Positions 13,441 to 25,660 of a stretch of DNA of 64,000 nucleotides are shown piece by piece (within the stretch, counting starts at the first letter, position 1; each line of letters opens with the position of its first letter). The stretch is from NCBI RefSeq assembly GCF_048593235.1, contig NC_133617.1, forward strand, positions 185,340,937-185,404,936. The letters are read 5' to 3'. The DNA comes from Sminthopsis crassicaudata. Lineage: Eukaryota. Position numbers and translations under genes: made by a program. A model generated the notes under the pieces. It was not told the origin of the DNA, did no database searches, and saw only the letters and a list, made by a program, of their open reading frames with translations.

Positions 13441-13654
13441 GTGAGTATATACATTGAAATCCCTTCCTCGCCCCGTCCATCTCTTCTACTTCTCTCTTAT
13501 GTTCCTAGTTCTTCATTTTGCAGCTGAGTACAACCTGTCTGAACTATTTTCTATGTGTTATTTCAGTTTCTATTCATTTGTTTCAGACTTTTTATGGCTC
13601 CTTTTGGGGGTTTTTTCTTGATAAATGTATTAGAGTGGTTTGCTATTTCCTCCT

Positions 13655-13800
13655 CTGGTTTATTTTACTAATGATGAAACTGAGGCAAACAGGGCTAAAT
13701 GATTTACTCAAGGTAACATAGCTAATAAGTATCTTGAGCCAGATAGAACTCAAGTATTTCTGACTCTGGGCCTAAGGTTTTATGCATTGTGTCATAGCAA
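13655..13800 (-). mobile_element. MIR/Mar1 SINE
   Basis: gatgaaactgaggcaaacagggctaaatgatttactcaaggtaacatagcta...gaactcaagtatttctgactc. Confidence 0.85.
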
Positions 13801-16639
13801 GATATAAAAGTGGGTTCAGGTTTTGGAAGAGTTATCTTCTACATAAAAACACTTCAAATATTTGAACCATTTCCCATATCTCTTTATCTTTCCTTCTTTC
13901 TCTCTCCCTCCTTCCCTTCTTCTCTCTCTCTCTCTCTCTCTGTCTCTATCTTCCTTCCTTTACATATATATGTGTGATATGTATGGCATATATGTTATAT
14001 ACATATAACAGTTTTAATATATTAGAATGCAATGAAACACACATCACAACCCTGCTAGGAAAAATATTAATTTTTTGATACTTCAGAAGCACATTAAGAT
14101 CTTGCTATAAATCATTAGTGTGAAGATCAATTATCATTTCTTTCACTGGGCAAACTTTGAAGGATTACTTAAGAGAAATTGCTGGATGGCGGACTGTAAG
14201 ATAACCAATTCCCATTGTACTTTTTTCATAGACTTTAGATTTTAAGAGCTCTATATCACAGCAACTCCTATGACACAAAGTATGATTCTAACCCAGAAGA
14301 ATGCTCATCTTTGCCATTTTTGTTCCTTCTTTGATGAGGGATAAATAGACTCACTTGAGAAATGATTCGATGACTAGAGTAGTGTTCATTTTCTTTACTA
14401 CTATAAGAATGACAAGGGGATGACAGGCCAAGGAGTCCAAATAGACAACTGATGTGTGATTTGACATCACTGAGTTTTTTTCTACAGCATAATGCAATGC
14501 CATGTAGGGTATTGTCAGCCCCCTGTGGATTATGTCCCTCTTGTTTCCTTTACAAATGTTTTTCATTAATATTAATAATTATGACTTGTAATTAAGACTG
14601 TGCTAATGAATAATAGGAGTTGCACGTTTTGTTCCCCCCCACCCCCCAACTGTGTTATGTGTTTTTATGTCTTTCCCTGATTATGGCACAAGCTGATAAC
14701 TTTCACAAAGGAAGCCAAATTTCCAAGGGCTGACAGTTTGTTATGTTGCATTGGATTTGGAGCTAAAAAGTGTGGCCTGAGGTTCCTGGGCTATCTTTTA
14801 TGTCACAGAGGCACCGAATTTTTAAGCAATCTGGGGAAATTGAAGGCAGCCATGTGTAATAAAATTCCCACTGTATTTCAGTGATACATCACAGGAGAGA
14901 CCAATAAAGTTGGTAACACCAGACCCTTGGAGTGGAGACTTATTTTCAGGGCTGCAAATCATAGCATATGTACCAGCAAAATATGTCTTTAAAACACATA
15001 CACACATATATAAAGGTATATACATATACATGCACAAACCACTCCAGGAACCAGATTTTATTTTTCCTTGTATCTGTTCAAATCTAAAGCCTTCATAGGA
15101 TTTTATGGGAGGAAAAAAAAAAAAAAAGATTTCTACAGGCCATATTTTCTCTGGATGGTCTTTATGTGAGGTCACTTTAATCTTATTTACTGGAATTTCG
15201 GAATTTTGTATTCAAAGTACAGTGCTACAATGGTAAGAGGTGGGAAATGGACCTAAGTTCTACAAGGTTTGATCATCCGTTCCATGGTTGTAAAAAAAAA
15301 AAAAAAAAAATCTATGTATGTTATATTGCCTGCTTGACATGACCACACCTGGGATTGTTTTTAAAGATTCTGACAAATCCCAGGATCTCAAAGAAGTAGA
15401 AACATCTTTAGTCACATTGAATGTTTCCTGGAAAAGCAATTTATCAGTGAAGAGCACTAGTCAGTCCAGGTTTTGGTACTTACGAATGATTCTGGTTTTT
15501 AAGACATCATGTTCACTTAATTTGAAGGAAGAAAGACAATTGCTTAGACTGCAAGAGAGGTAACTGTAAAAGGAATTTAGCCAGGAAAACAAAATGTCTC
15601 TTCCTCAGTGGCTTGGAGGGAAAATGATATTTGAAAACTTTGATTCAAAAAAGACCTTGGGCTTTTGTTTTGAAAACAAGGTGAGATAGGAGAGGCAATA
15701 GCAACTTTTTAGCCATGTAGTCTAGTTAAATTGTGTCAAAATGTTTATAGAAAGGATTCCATTTCATTTCTAAAATTTTTACACTGAGATTTGATGTCAG
15801 GAGCTTTGGGGGTGGTGGGTGGTGATGATGAAACATAATATCTTGTACTTCTTTAGTTTGACTCCTTTTACCTGCCTTGAGGACTATAGCTCAGCCAAGG
15901 ATCTCCACCTTTTCCTTCTGTCGTGCTAGAGGCAGAGGAAATGGTACTAAATTTGGGGCTTACAATGTCTCAAAAAGGCCCTAAGAAGTAAGGAGTACCT
16001 GGTGATGGTAACTGGCCCATGGGCCAAAAAAACCCAGCCTGAATTCCATCTCTGGTCTGTGTGCCATGAATTGTTGCTCTAACGTGCTATTTTCTGAGAA
16101 ACCCATAAACCCCTTATTGTGGAGCAACTCTGATCAGAGGGAATCACTAGGGTAGCTAACTGAGGAAACTAGGTTTTGTAGCAGTTACTGGGGAGTCACC
16201 AGTTTTTTTCTTCAGGTACTTGTGGATATTAGTTGGAGGATGGGCAATTAGAGATGTCTTTCTTGAATTCAGGGGGAAGGAAGAACTAGCATTGATGAAT
16301 GGAAATTAAAGAAAGATGGACATTTAAGATAAATGATAGGAAGGATAATAATTAGAAGTGGTAATGGTAGAATGCAAGTAGAATGGATTGCCTCAAGTGA
16401 GAATGAACTCCTCTTTACTAACAACCTTCCAGTGAAGGCTGGCTTATGATTTGGGGGAAACATAGAAAGAAATTGTAGAAAATAATTCTGTTTATGCATG
16501 GTTAAGATGCATGCACACACACTTTCATGGGAGCATTTAGTCACATCAACACAATACACAGTTGGATATCAAGACATGCCATTCATGAGTTTCTTGAGAT
16601 TGTTTGAAGGCCAATGTGAAGAATTACAATTTGTTGTAT

Positions 16640-16800
16640 ACCACATTATTAATGACCCACAACAGTGCTCTCATTTGAGCATCAACTAGCCCCATTTTAC
16701 AGAGAGTTTGACAGAAGTGATTTGCCCAGGATGGTATCATTGATAATATACCATCAGAGATTGGAATTGAGTCCAGGTCTTCCTAAAGTTGAGCCTAGTA
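16640..16800 (-). mobile_element. MIR SINE
   Basis: ccccattttacagagag...gtgatttgcccagg...ttgagtccaggtcttcct. Confidence 0.75.
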
Positions 16801-17473
16801 GGTCTCTTTCTGTGATTCCATACTGGCATCTCTTCAACTCCTGGATATTTGGGCACAGGGAGTTTCAAAAAACTGATGAAGAAAATTGCCTCCCTACGCT
16901 CAATAAATGGAAGGATACCTTTAGAATGCATTCTTTGTAACCTGTGGAAGAAAAACAAAATCACTTTCCTTAATTCCTCACTTCCAGCTATTTTCTGTGC
17001 CTGAACTGTGAAATGAAGTTGTCTGTTCAAAATTGCTTGACCTTCCTCCAAACCCCCAAAGAGAGTAGTCCAGGGAGAATGTGTACAAATGGCAGAGCCT
17101 GAGATGTCATCAGAGTGGAGGGTTGAGAGCAACAGCTATTATAGAATTATAGAGCTGGAACTCATCATGATAACTATGCCAAAATCCTTTTATGATGCCA
17201 GATAAGAAAAACGATATTTCTCATGTGAGAAATAAATCCCAATGCAGCATTAGGATTTCTATGTGGATTCACAGCCAGCTTTTGAAAGTTTATAACAGAA
17301 ATAGTACTATCATTGAGATAAGAACCCTCATATTATCCATAGGACAGTGTTCTGGCTGCTTCAGTTCAATTAGAAAAATATTAAGTAATTACTATGTTCT
17401 AGACTCTTTGCTATGTGTAATAGAAACATAAACAAAATGTTAAATACTCCCTACCCTCAAAGTACTTTCATTA

Positions 17474-17603
17474 NNNNNNNNNNNNNNNNNNNNNNNNNNN
17501 NNNNNNNNNNNNNNNNNNNNNNNNNNNNNNNNNNNNNNNNNNNNNNNNNNNNNNNNNNNNNNNNNNNNNNNNNNNNNNNNNNNNNNNNNNNNNNNNNNNN
17601 NNN
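17474..17603. other. Assembly gap (130 N)
   Basis: Run of n characters. Confidence 1.
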
Positions 17604-17724
17604 TAAAACATCAACAAATGGGAAGATCTGAGTGGAAAATCTTAAATGATATGAACTTAAAGGGATCATTTTTATCATTTTATAATTTTCCTTGACTTTT
17701 AGAGAAACAGTATAGGACAAAAGA

Positions 17725-17885
17725 AAGCATGCTGGATTTGAAGTTGGAGAATCTGAGTTCATATCCTGAATTTGTCACTTGCCACCAATATGATCTTGGG
17801 TAAATCAATGAGCCTCTCTAGACCTTGTTTCCTCATCTATAAAATGAAGGACTGGATTAGATGCCCTCTCAAGGTTCCTTCTAAC
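17725..17885 (+). mobile_element. MIR3 SINE
   Basis: ctgagttcatatcctg...gtttcctcatctataaaatgaaggactggattagatgccctctcaaggttccttctaac. Confidence 0.85.
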
Positions 17886-19099
17886 CTAAAGCAAATATAA
17901 TATGAGTTCCCCCTTAAATTTATAATATTACAGTGCTTAAATCTTTATTGGGTAGGTGGCTGCTGATGAGGCAGTCTAATGAGTGGCCAACTGAGACACA
18001 GCTCTGAGATAAAGGTAGAGAAGCTGCTGGTCTCTTCTTTATAAAGGTGAGCTAATAGAACAGGACTTTCTCCCTGTATCTTTGAGGAGACAGATCAGAA
18101 TATATCCATTAAGGGACTTACATTGTGGAAAGTGGGAAGGGAAATTGTATTAGTTTCCTTTCCTTGGCAACTGTGTCACAGTCATTTTTCTTTCCTTTGA
18201 GACACTGGATGAAAGCTTGTGGCAGAAGCATGTGATAGAAGTAGACATGTTTTCTTTTTCAGAAATTGGGTGAAGGCTTTGGTCAGTTCAGAAATCTGTA
18301 GAAAGTAGTCTGTCTTACAGAAAACCCTCTACAAAGCCAAATAGTTTCTACCTAGCAAATGTCTCCTTTCTCTAAAGGTCAATACGTTCCTCATTAAAGT
18401 AAATTATTTAGGGTATTTTGGGTGTTAAAGAATTCAGCCTTTTCAAGCATGAGAATTCTATAGATATAAGAAGCTAGTAGTCATGTAGTTTTTGTCTTAC
18501 TATGCTTCTGAACCTTATGATAGCCCTTGTGGACTTCACTTTCCTCATCTACAAAAATGAGGTGGTGGTGGTGAGTTATACTAGATCCGTTCTCAGAGCC
18601 CTTACAGCTCTGGCATTTTATGATTCCATTTCTTACCACCTGTGGCAACCTGGCCCATTAAATTCATACTATTGCAATGAAACACCTTCCCATCTGTGCA
18701 ACTTATGAAAGACCTTTTTACTCTAGAACCACATAAGGGTAAGTGGGAAAAATTATTCAGGGGGTGACACCTGGGGAATATGGCTCCAGGTGAGGCAGTA
18801 TTTCAACACAAGACAACAGAATTGGGCTTCAGCTGTGGAGATCCATTGCTTATGAGTTAAGAAACTGGACATTTCTGTTGTGCCATAGTAGAATTCAGTG
18901 CAGTATTGTGCCGAGGAGACTTTGAAGTGGTCCTTGAATCTCTTAGCAGAAATAGACAGGATTGTTGTTTGGGGCTTGGGGTTTCCTCCTTCTATTCATT
19001 ATTGCTGCATCTACTTGGGAAAGGGGGCATCTTGGTTTTTATCTCAGTTTTATTCTATGCATATTTTCCAGATTATGGGGATACCATGCCCCTAATGCC

Positions 19100-19800
19100 C
19101 TGAGATGTAGAAAGGAAAAGTCTATATAATGTGGATGGAAAGCAATCTCAGAGAAAAGTCTCTAGCTGTGGAGGTTGGTAGGGAAATAGAGAGATTTCTT
19201 GAAGAAGGTGGGATTTGATCTGAGTCTGAAGAAAACCAAGACAAATCTAATATAGGTAGTGTTGTTAAAGGATTTAGCCAAGCAGAAAAGAGATAAAGGA
19301 TGATAGCTATCAGGGTTTTTTTAAATGTGTGTTTTGTTTTGTTTTTGAGTAAGAATAATGAAGCCATTGGAAGTGTTTGTAGGCAAGTTGGAAGCAGCCA
19401 GTAGATAGAGGTTGAAGATTATTGAGAGAATAAGAATGATAGTGGGGAGAATATGCCAGATAAGAGAAGATGAAATGGGATTCAAGAGATTTGCCTTGGA
19501 AAAGAAAAGGGCCACCTCTCTTTTGAAACTGGTGGGAAATAAATATCGGTTATTGTAAATTGAGGAAGAGAATAAAAGAGAGCTCTCAATAAATGGCTTT
19601 AAATTATTTTTTTGTGAAGCATGATGCAAATTGCTCAGTTGCAAAGATGGGCAAGGGAGTGTCTGGGAAGGTTTGAGAAAGGATGTAAATGTTTGATAAA
19701 AGCTGCTGTGTTGGGTTAGAGGGTGGATTGTTTAGGGAAGTGTTCCTAAACTTGCTTCAGTAAGGGTTCCTTAAGAATCTGGCACTTGTAGTTAGAGTTG
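19100..19800 (-). mobile_element. L2 LINE fragments (antisense)
   Basis: gggatttgatctgagtctgaaga; aatgaagccattggaagtgtttgtagg. Confidence 0.6.
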
Positions 19801-19964
19801 ATCCAAAAAGGCCTATGAAGAAAGTGTTCCTTGAACTGATAATATATAAAAAAAAGGTAAGAATTCTAAGAGACAAAGGTTAGGAGGAATGACATTCCAG
19901 GTACGATAAAACAAGAAATAGCAAAGAGAATTATTGAGTTAGAGTTTGAGGAAATTAGATAAAC

Positions 19965-20175
19965 TAGTAGAAAGAGCTCTGGGCCTGGAGTTAGGAAGAA
20001 CGGAGTTCCAATCTGACTCTTAGGAGCTGTGTAACCCTAGGCAAGTCACTTAATCTCTTTCAGTCTCAGTTTCCTCAATTATAAAATGATAATAGTATGG
20101 ACTTCTTATAGTTGTTGTGAGGATCAAGTGAAATGATTTTTGTAAACACTTAGGACAGTGTTTGGCACATAGCTG
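19965..20175 (+). mobile_element. MIR SINE
   Basis: gctgtgtaaccctaggcaagtcacttaatc...gtctcagtttcctcaattataaaatg...gttgttgtgaggatcaagtg. Confidence 0.9.
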
Positions 20176-20363
20176 GTACATTTTTCTTACTTTTTCTTCC
20201 TCTGGAAGGAACAATGAGTTCCTCATTGCTAAATCCATTTCTCCCTTACTTTTTTATTCTTGATTTCTCTGCTGTGTTTGACATTGTCTTCCTGTGTTTT
20301 TGTGACACTGTGTGATTTTCTCAAATGGTCAGAACTTTGTCCTAGGTTTCTGCTTCAGGCCTT

Positions 20364-20367
<4 letters not shown>

Positions 20368-20405
<38 letters not shown>
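20368..20405. repeat. Poly-T (38 nt)
   Basis: Read directly. Confidence 0.98.
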
Positions 20406-20805
20406 CTTCATTGGTGAGACATGCTTGACTCTTTGAGATCCAATGGACCATAGCAAGCCTTCTATCCTCCACTGTCTCTTGAAATTTGCCCAAGGCTCCT
20501 GTCTCTTGCTTCCAAGATACTACCTATCTATCACACTCTCTGCTGTCCTCTTTTTTCCTTTTGCCTTCACTCTTTTCCAACATCAGGATCTTTTCCAATG
20601 AGCCCTGTCTTTTTATTATGTCACCAAAGTATTTAAGCTTCTGAATAGCTTCAATATTTGTCCTTCCAATGAATACCTGAATTAATTTCTTTAAGTATTG
20701 ACTGATTTTTTTTTCTCCTTTCTATCCAAGGAACTCTTAAAAGTCTTCTCCATTACCAACAAATTCTTCAGGGTTCAAGTTTTCCTTAATAGTCCAACTG
20801 TCTTA
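20406..20805 (-). mobile_element. BovB-type RTE LINE 3' end
   Basis: catcaggatcttttccaatgag...ccaaagtatttaagctt...tccaaggaactcttaaaagtcttctcca...agtccaact matches the recalled BovB/ART2A-type 3' region. Confidence 0.85.
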
Positions 20806-21176
20806 TTCTCTCTGATTAATCTCATTAGCTTCCATTTTTGTGAGCTATCATATCAGTGCAAATGACTCTCATACATAGAGTCATCTTTCTCCCAAGTTCC
20901 AATCCCATAGCTCCAATTGCCTAATTAGCATCTCTCCCTGAAAGTTCCTTAGCTACTCAAACTCAACAGAACTAAAATAGGACCCATTATTTTTCCCCTT
21001 AAAATTCAACCTCCTAATTTTCTCAAACCTCCTTATTCTGTTCTGGAACTACCACTTTTCCATTTCCTCAGATTCCCAAGCTCAGAATCACCCTTAACTT
21101 TTCACTCCCCCTTATTTCTCATAATAAATCAGTTAATCTGCAGATTCCACCTTCTAAAAATCTCTTATATATACCA

Positions 21177-21330
21177 TTTTTCTTTTTTTATTAAATTTTT
21201 TTAATTTTAAAAGATATGCATGGATAAATTTTCAACATTAACCCTTGCAAAATCTTGTGTTACAATTTCCTCCCCCTTCTCCTTAACCCCTCTCCTAGAT
21301 AGCAAGTAATTCAATATATGTTAAACGTGT
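21177..21330 (-). mobile_element. Marsupial L1 3' terminal fragment
   Basis: tttttattaaa...atatgcatggataaattttcaacattaacccttgcaaaatcttgtg. Confidence 0.85.
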
Positions 21331-21709
21331 ACCTCCTTCTCTTTACTCATAAGCAGTGTCAAGTATTCATAACCTGTCATCTGGATTCTTGCAATAGCTT
21401 TCCAACTGGTTTCTCTAACATCCTGTCTGTTTCCTCTACAATCTATCAATTATACATCAGCCAAAATGCTAGTCCTAAAAAAAATAGATAAATAAAGATT
21501 CATTGTTTTTGAGTTTTTGGTCAAGATATTTTAATAGTTATTGTTTAATTTTAAGATAAAGTATAAAGTTTTCCATTTGTTAGTTAAACCTCTTGATAAT
21601 CTGCTTTCAACCTATACTGCTGATGAGGTCCAATGAGTAATGATGATGTACTACAAATCAGAAAGGTGAGGAGTCATCTGGAATTAATTCACAAGCACAA
21701 ATCATCTCC

Positions 21710-21722
21710 AGGTCAAAGGGCA
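21710..21722 (+). promoter_or_regulatory. DR1 nuclear-receptor element (HNF4/PPAR-RXR/COUP-TF type)
   Basis: AGGTCA-A-AGGGCA, 1 mismatch from a perfect DR1, in unique-looking sequence. Confidence 0.4.
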
Positions 21723-22671
21723 AAGCTTTATGATGATGCCATAAAGTGGGCAACATTCCTATGAACTTACAGTTAAAAAGAGGGAAATGGGATCTTTAAT
21801 GGGAAAGGATCCAAAACACGGTGTGCTAGCTATGCTGATCATGTATATCATTAAATCAACTAGTGGTCTTGGACATACTGTCTATATGAGATAGCTTTGG
21901 GATTTGATGCCTATATCTTAATTTCCAAATTGTATAAGGTAACTGTGGGAATCAGCACAGGATAGAGCTATCTGTAAATGATAATTCTACAGGGTCAGTC
22001 TGCTCTTTTCTGAGGTTTGCTTAGATAATGGTCTTTTGCTGGAGTCTATTATTTCTATATATTGCTCTTTTTCATGCATTCTAGACTTTCACCACATTGG
22101 CCTATTTGCTGTTCCTGTATATTCTATCTCCCATCTCTTTGTATAGAGATGTATTTACCATATTTTTGAATAGCTTGATCTCTATGCAATGAATGCTTTA
22201 TTCCTTCCCTGTCTCTTGTAACCTATAGATCTATTTGAGGGCCCATTCTGACTCTCTCAGTTGTTAGCATCCCACTTAAACTACAATCTATTTATTTTGC
22301 ATGTATCCTGAATTTATTCCATTTCTGAACATGCATCCTCTTAAGAGAATGTAAGCTTGGCATATTCTATTTTGGACTATGGTCCATAGTAAGTAAAAAT
22401 AACTTACTTAAACATTTGATTAAAACATAGGATGCAGGTTTCCCTTTCTTTTCTATAATATATCCATTTCAGAGGCACTAGTCTTTGCCACTATATTAAT
22501 GTAGTGTTTAAAATTTTAGTGAAGACAAGATCCATGACATTTTCATCTTTTAAAATAATACAATCTTGTTAACAGTCTCTATATTACCACTATATTTTAT
22601 ATTGTAGCAATTATCTGTGTGCTATTTGTGTGAATGTGAAGAAAATACTACTGATATATTCATATACGTGC

Positions 22672-22893
22672 ATGTTATTGTTGTTTAGTCCAACTCCTTT
22701 TGGGGTTTTCTTGGCAAAAATACTGGAGTGGTTTTACCATTTCCTTCTCCAGTATATTTTACAGATGGGGAAAGAGGACAATAAATTAAATGACTTCCCC
22801 AGAATCACATATCTAGTAAGGGTATGAGTCTAGATTTGATTAGTTTTCCTGACTCCAAACTCAGTGCTCTGACCACTGTGCCACCTAGCTACC
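22672..22893 (-). mobile_element. Mar1 CORE-RTE SINE
   Basis: ggggttttcttggcaaaaatactggagtggttttaccatttccttctccag...ccactgtgccacctagct. Confidence 0.9.
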
Positions 22894-25479
22894 CTCACAT
22901 GCATACATACAGTTATTCAATATATGTAACATGGTATTTTACTTACATGGAATACTTATGACCAGTAAGAAAGATCTGGACCATCACAGAGAGTCATAGA
23001 AGTTTAGAGTTGTAAGTGACATTAGAGATCCTTTAATTTCACCATCTCATTTTGCAGAGGAAGAAACTGAGATTCAGGAATAATTAATGACTTACCCAAG
23101 ATCACACAATTAATTATGCCTTCCTAAGCTTGCTCCAAAGTCCCAATCCTCAAGGACTAGGAGGGATATAGCTTTGTCTGAAGGCATTTGAAATTGAGGC
23201 AATTACTAGAGCTTAACTTCCCAGTGTCTCAATTAATTTCATTCAATTTATTTGGAATTTATTATTGTAATGAAACACAATATTAGCCAAAATGTGACCA
23301 TGAATGAGTCCTAACCTCTTTGGGTCTTAGTTTCTTGACATGTGAAATGGAAATAACTGTAATGCTTATCTCAGGGCTGTTGTAAGGAAATAACTTTGTA
23401 GAAATTTGGTCCTTTATTTGTAAGCCTTTATAAGCACAGTGAAAACATGTTTTTGTGTTGTGCCATTTAGCCTCTTCTATCTTACATTTTCCTCTAGATT
23501 GCTAAAAAGAAAGAAATCATGCTGTCTTCTAACATTGTAACCCCTTGATATCTAACTCAGTGTCAGGAATGGATCAAGTCTTCATTAGAATTCTGAGGAA
23601 GGAAAGTGTCCCCTTAAAAAATAGGATAATGTTAATCTTTGGAGAGCATCAAGTTCATGTGCTGAAACTACTCTTTGTGAATATGTAACATGTGTAAGAC
23701 GGATGCGAGTGCCATTCATGTTTATTTAATACAGAGAACATAATTTATCTATGCTGGAAAATAAGGGCTCAAGTCTAGTGGTTTTAAGCCATTTCAACCT
23801 CACCCTGAGATTTTACAGCAAAAATATCTAGTTTTCCCCATAAAAGTGAGAACAAAAATAAATATTTTAACAAGAAAAAAAAAAACAACTTAGACTTGAC
23901 AACCCAGAACATAATAAAGTACGACAAGCAACATTCTCTATTGGCCAAAAGAAAAATAAGGTCTCAGGCTCAGAGGTATTTGGATTGAATAAAACTTGAA
24001 GAGAAAAATCACTCAGTCAAAAAATCTTTACTTGTGTTACCATTAGCTGCTCAGAATCTAAGTGAAAGAATTATTAAATTTATTTTTATGCTTGTTGCCT
24101 CAGGGCTTTGAAAAATTCTCTAAACCAAATATAAATCATAGAATGTTGGACCTAGAAGTTACTTAAGAGATCATCTTGACTAGCCTTTACAATTACTGAT
24201 TAGGTAAGTGAAGCACGAAGAAAATAAATGACTTGTCTGAAGTCACATAGTATGGTAGTTGTAGAATGTAGACTGGGAACAAATTCCGCTGATTCCCATT
24301 TCGGTATTCTTTATATCATACTGTTATAATTATTCTATAATTGGGCCATACTGATCTTGCTATATGCTTCTGATTTTTTTTGGAAGGCCATATTCATAAT
24401 TTTTGTGCAGATATGGTCCCATGGAAGTAGGTACAACTTGTAAGATGAGGTTGACTTTCACCTCATGCTTATACTTAATCAAATTTGCCAGTGTCCCACA
24501 AATCTGTCCTGGTTATGGTTCCTGGGCAATATCTCACTTCTTTTGTTACTTTTGATTCAGTTACATATGTAGCCACAAAAGTTCTTCTACTGTGTAGTTA
24601 GAGATATTAAAATGGTATCATATACCAACTATTCTAAAATAAATCTATTATGATAAACCTACTGGTCCCAGAAATCCCTCAATAGAATCATTGACTTCTT
24701 CCTTTCATTCTGTGCTCCTAAGTATGAAAGAGCTATAATTTCTATACAGACCTAAGATAAAATAGAATCTTAGATGAGCTGTATTAGAAAGTAATATTTT
24801 TTGTTGATGAGTAAATCCACAAAAGCAGTTCAGGATTTCTATTCAGAGTAAGAAAAAGGATAGTCACAAATAAGTAGTGATTATATTAATCTTTCAAAAT
24901 AAGTATGATTGGGGTGGGTTTCTTTGAACATAGTAACCCTGATAAGGAATCTGTGCACCAGTGTGTGACTGGGCTAAGTAGGTATAGTGGTGGCAAGTGG
25001 TGATTATTGGGGAAGAGGCCATTTTGGCAACAAGTGCATGTGACTGAAAATAGAACCATATGCCCTCTTAAACTTTAAAAAGGGATATACTGTTGGATTA
25101 CCTACTACTTTTAGAAACCCAGGTAGTAGTACAATGGGACTGCCTATACTGACCATGTCTCTTGTCCTGAACCACTTGCCCTGTATCCCTTATAGTGGAT
25201 AAAGCATTCAATTCTTTGTGACTACAAATCCTGCTTCAAACACTTAATAGCCATGTGACTCTGGACAAGCCACTTTCTATATCTATTTCCAAATATGGAC
25301 AGTATCTACCTCACAGGGTTGTTAGTAAAATAGGATGAGCTAATATACATAAAATGTATTTCATGTCTCAAAATGTTAGCTATTATTTCCCTTGATTGTT
25401 ATTAGATAGGCAACTTGAACAGTTTATCTTTATAGTATAATATATCAAGACATGAAGATATAAGCACAGGATTGATTCT

Positions 25480-25660
25480 TCCAGATCAATGATATCATAT
25501 ACAAAAGAAATATATACCTAGAGCTTAGAAAACCACAAATTAACATCATCTGTGTTGTATTTTTATTTACTGTGTTCTACATTTTAAAATTACATTTTAA
25601 TCTGAATTGGGCCACTCAGAGTTTATTAAGGCTTTGCAGGTATCCCTGGCCACCTCTAAT
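25480..25660. mobile_element. Marsupial non-autonomous DNA-transposon (MITE)-like fragment
   Basis: gcttagaaaaccacaaattaacatcatctgtgttgtatttttattt...tacattttaatctgaattgggcc is a recurrent marsupial repeat motif; family uncertain. Confidence 0.5.

Larger units (their letters stand above)
20205..22400 (+). mobile_element. L2 LINE remnant interrupted by poly-T, an RTE and an L1 fragment
   Basis: ttcttgatttctctgctgtgtttgacattg (RT motif); aatgactctc...ccaattgcctaattagcatctc...ctcaaactcaac. Confidence 0.65.

Noticed and set aside
14351-14566. ALHYAVEKN resembling an ankyrin repeat
   Set aside because: Lacks the preceding G-x-T-P/A spacing and any neighbouring repeat.
15218-15232. Further microexon-like units (15 nt here; 17 nt near 6657-6673 and 48172-48188)
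   Set aside because: Short AG...GT pairs are common in AT-rich DNA; acceptors are weak or lengths shift frame.
16013-16026. Perfect 14-bp palindrome tggcccatgggcca
   Set aside because: A few palindromes of this length are expected by chance in 64 kb; no supporting context.
18263-18301. KLGEGFG after a good acceptor, resembling a kinase glycine-rich loop
   Set aside because: A stop follows within 5 codons and no other kinase motifs are present.
25100-25150. let-7-like aggtagtagt with a 7-bp stem
   Set aside because: The rest of the mature let-7 sequence and the long precursor stem are absent.
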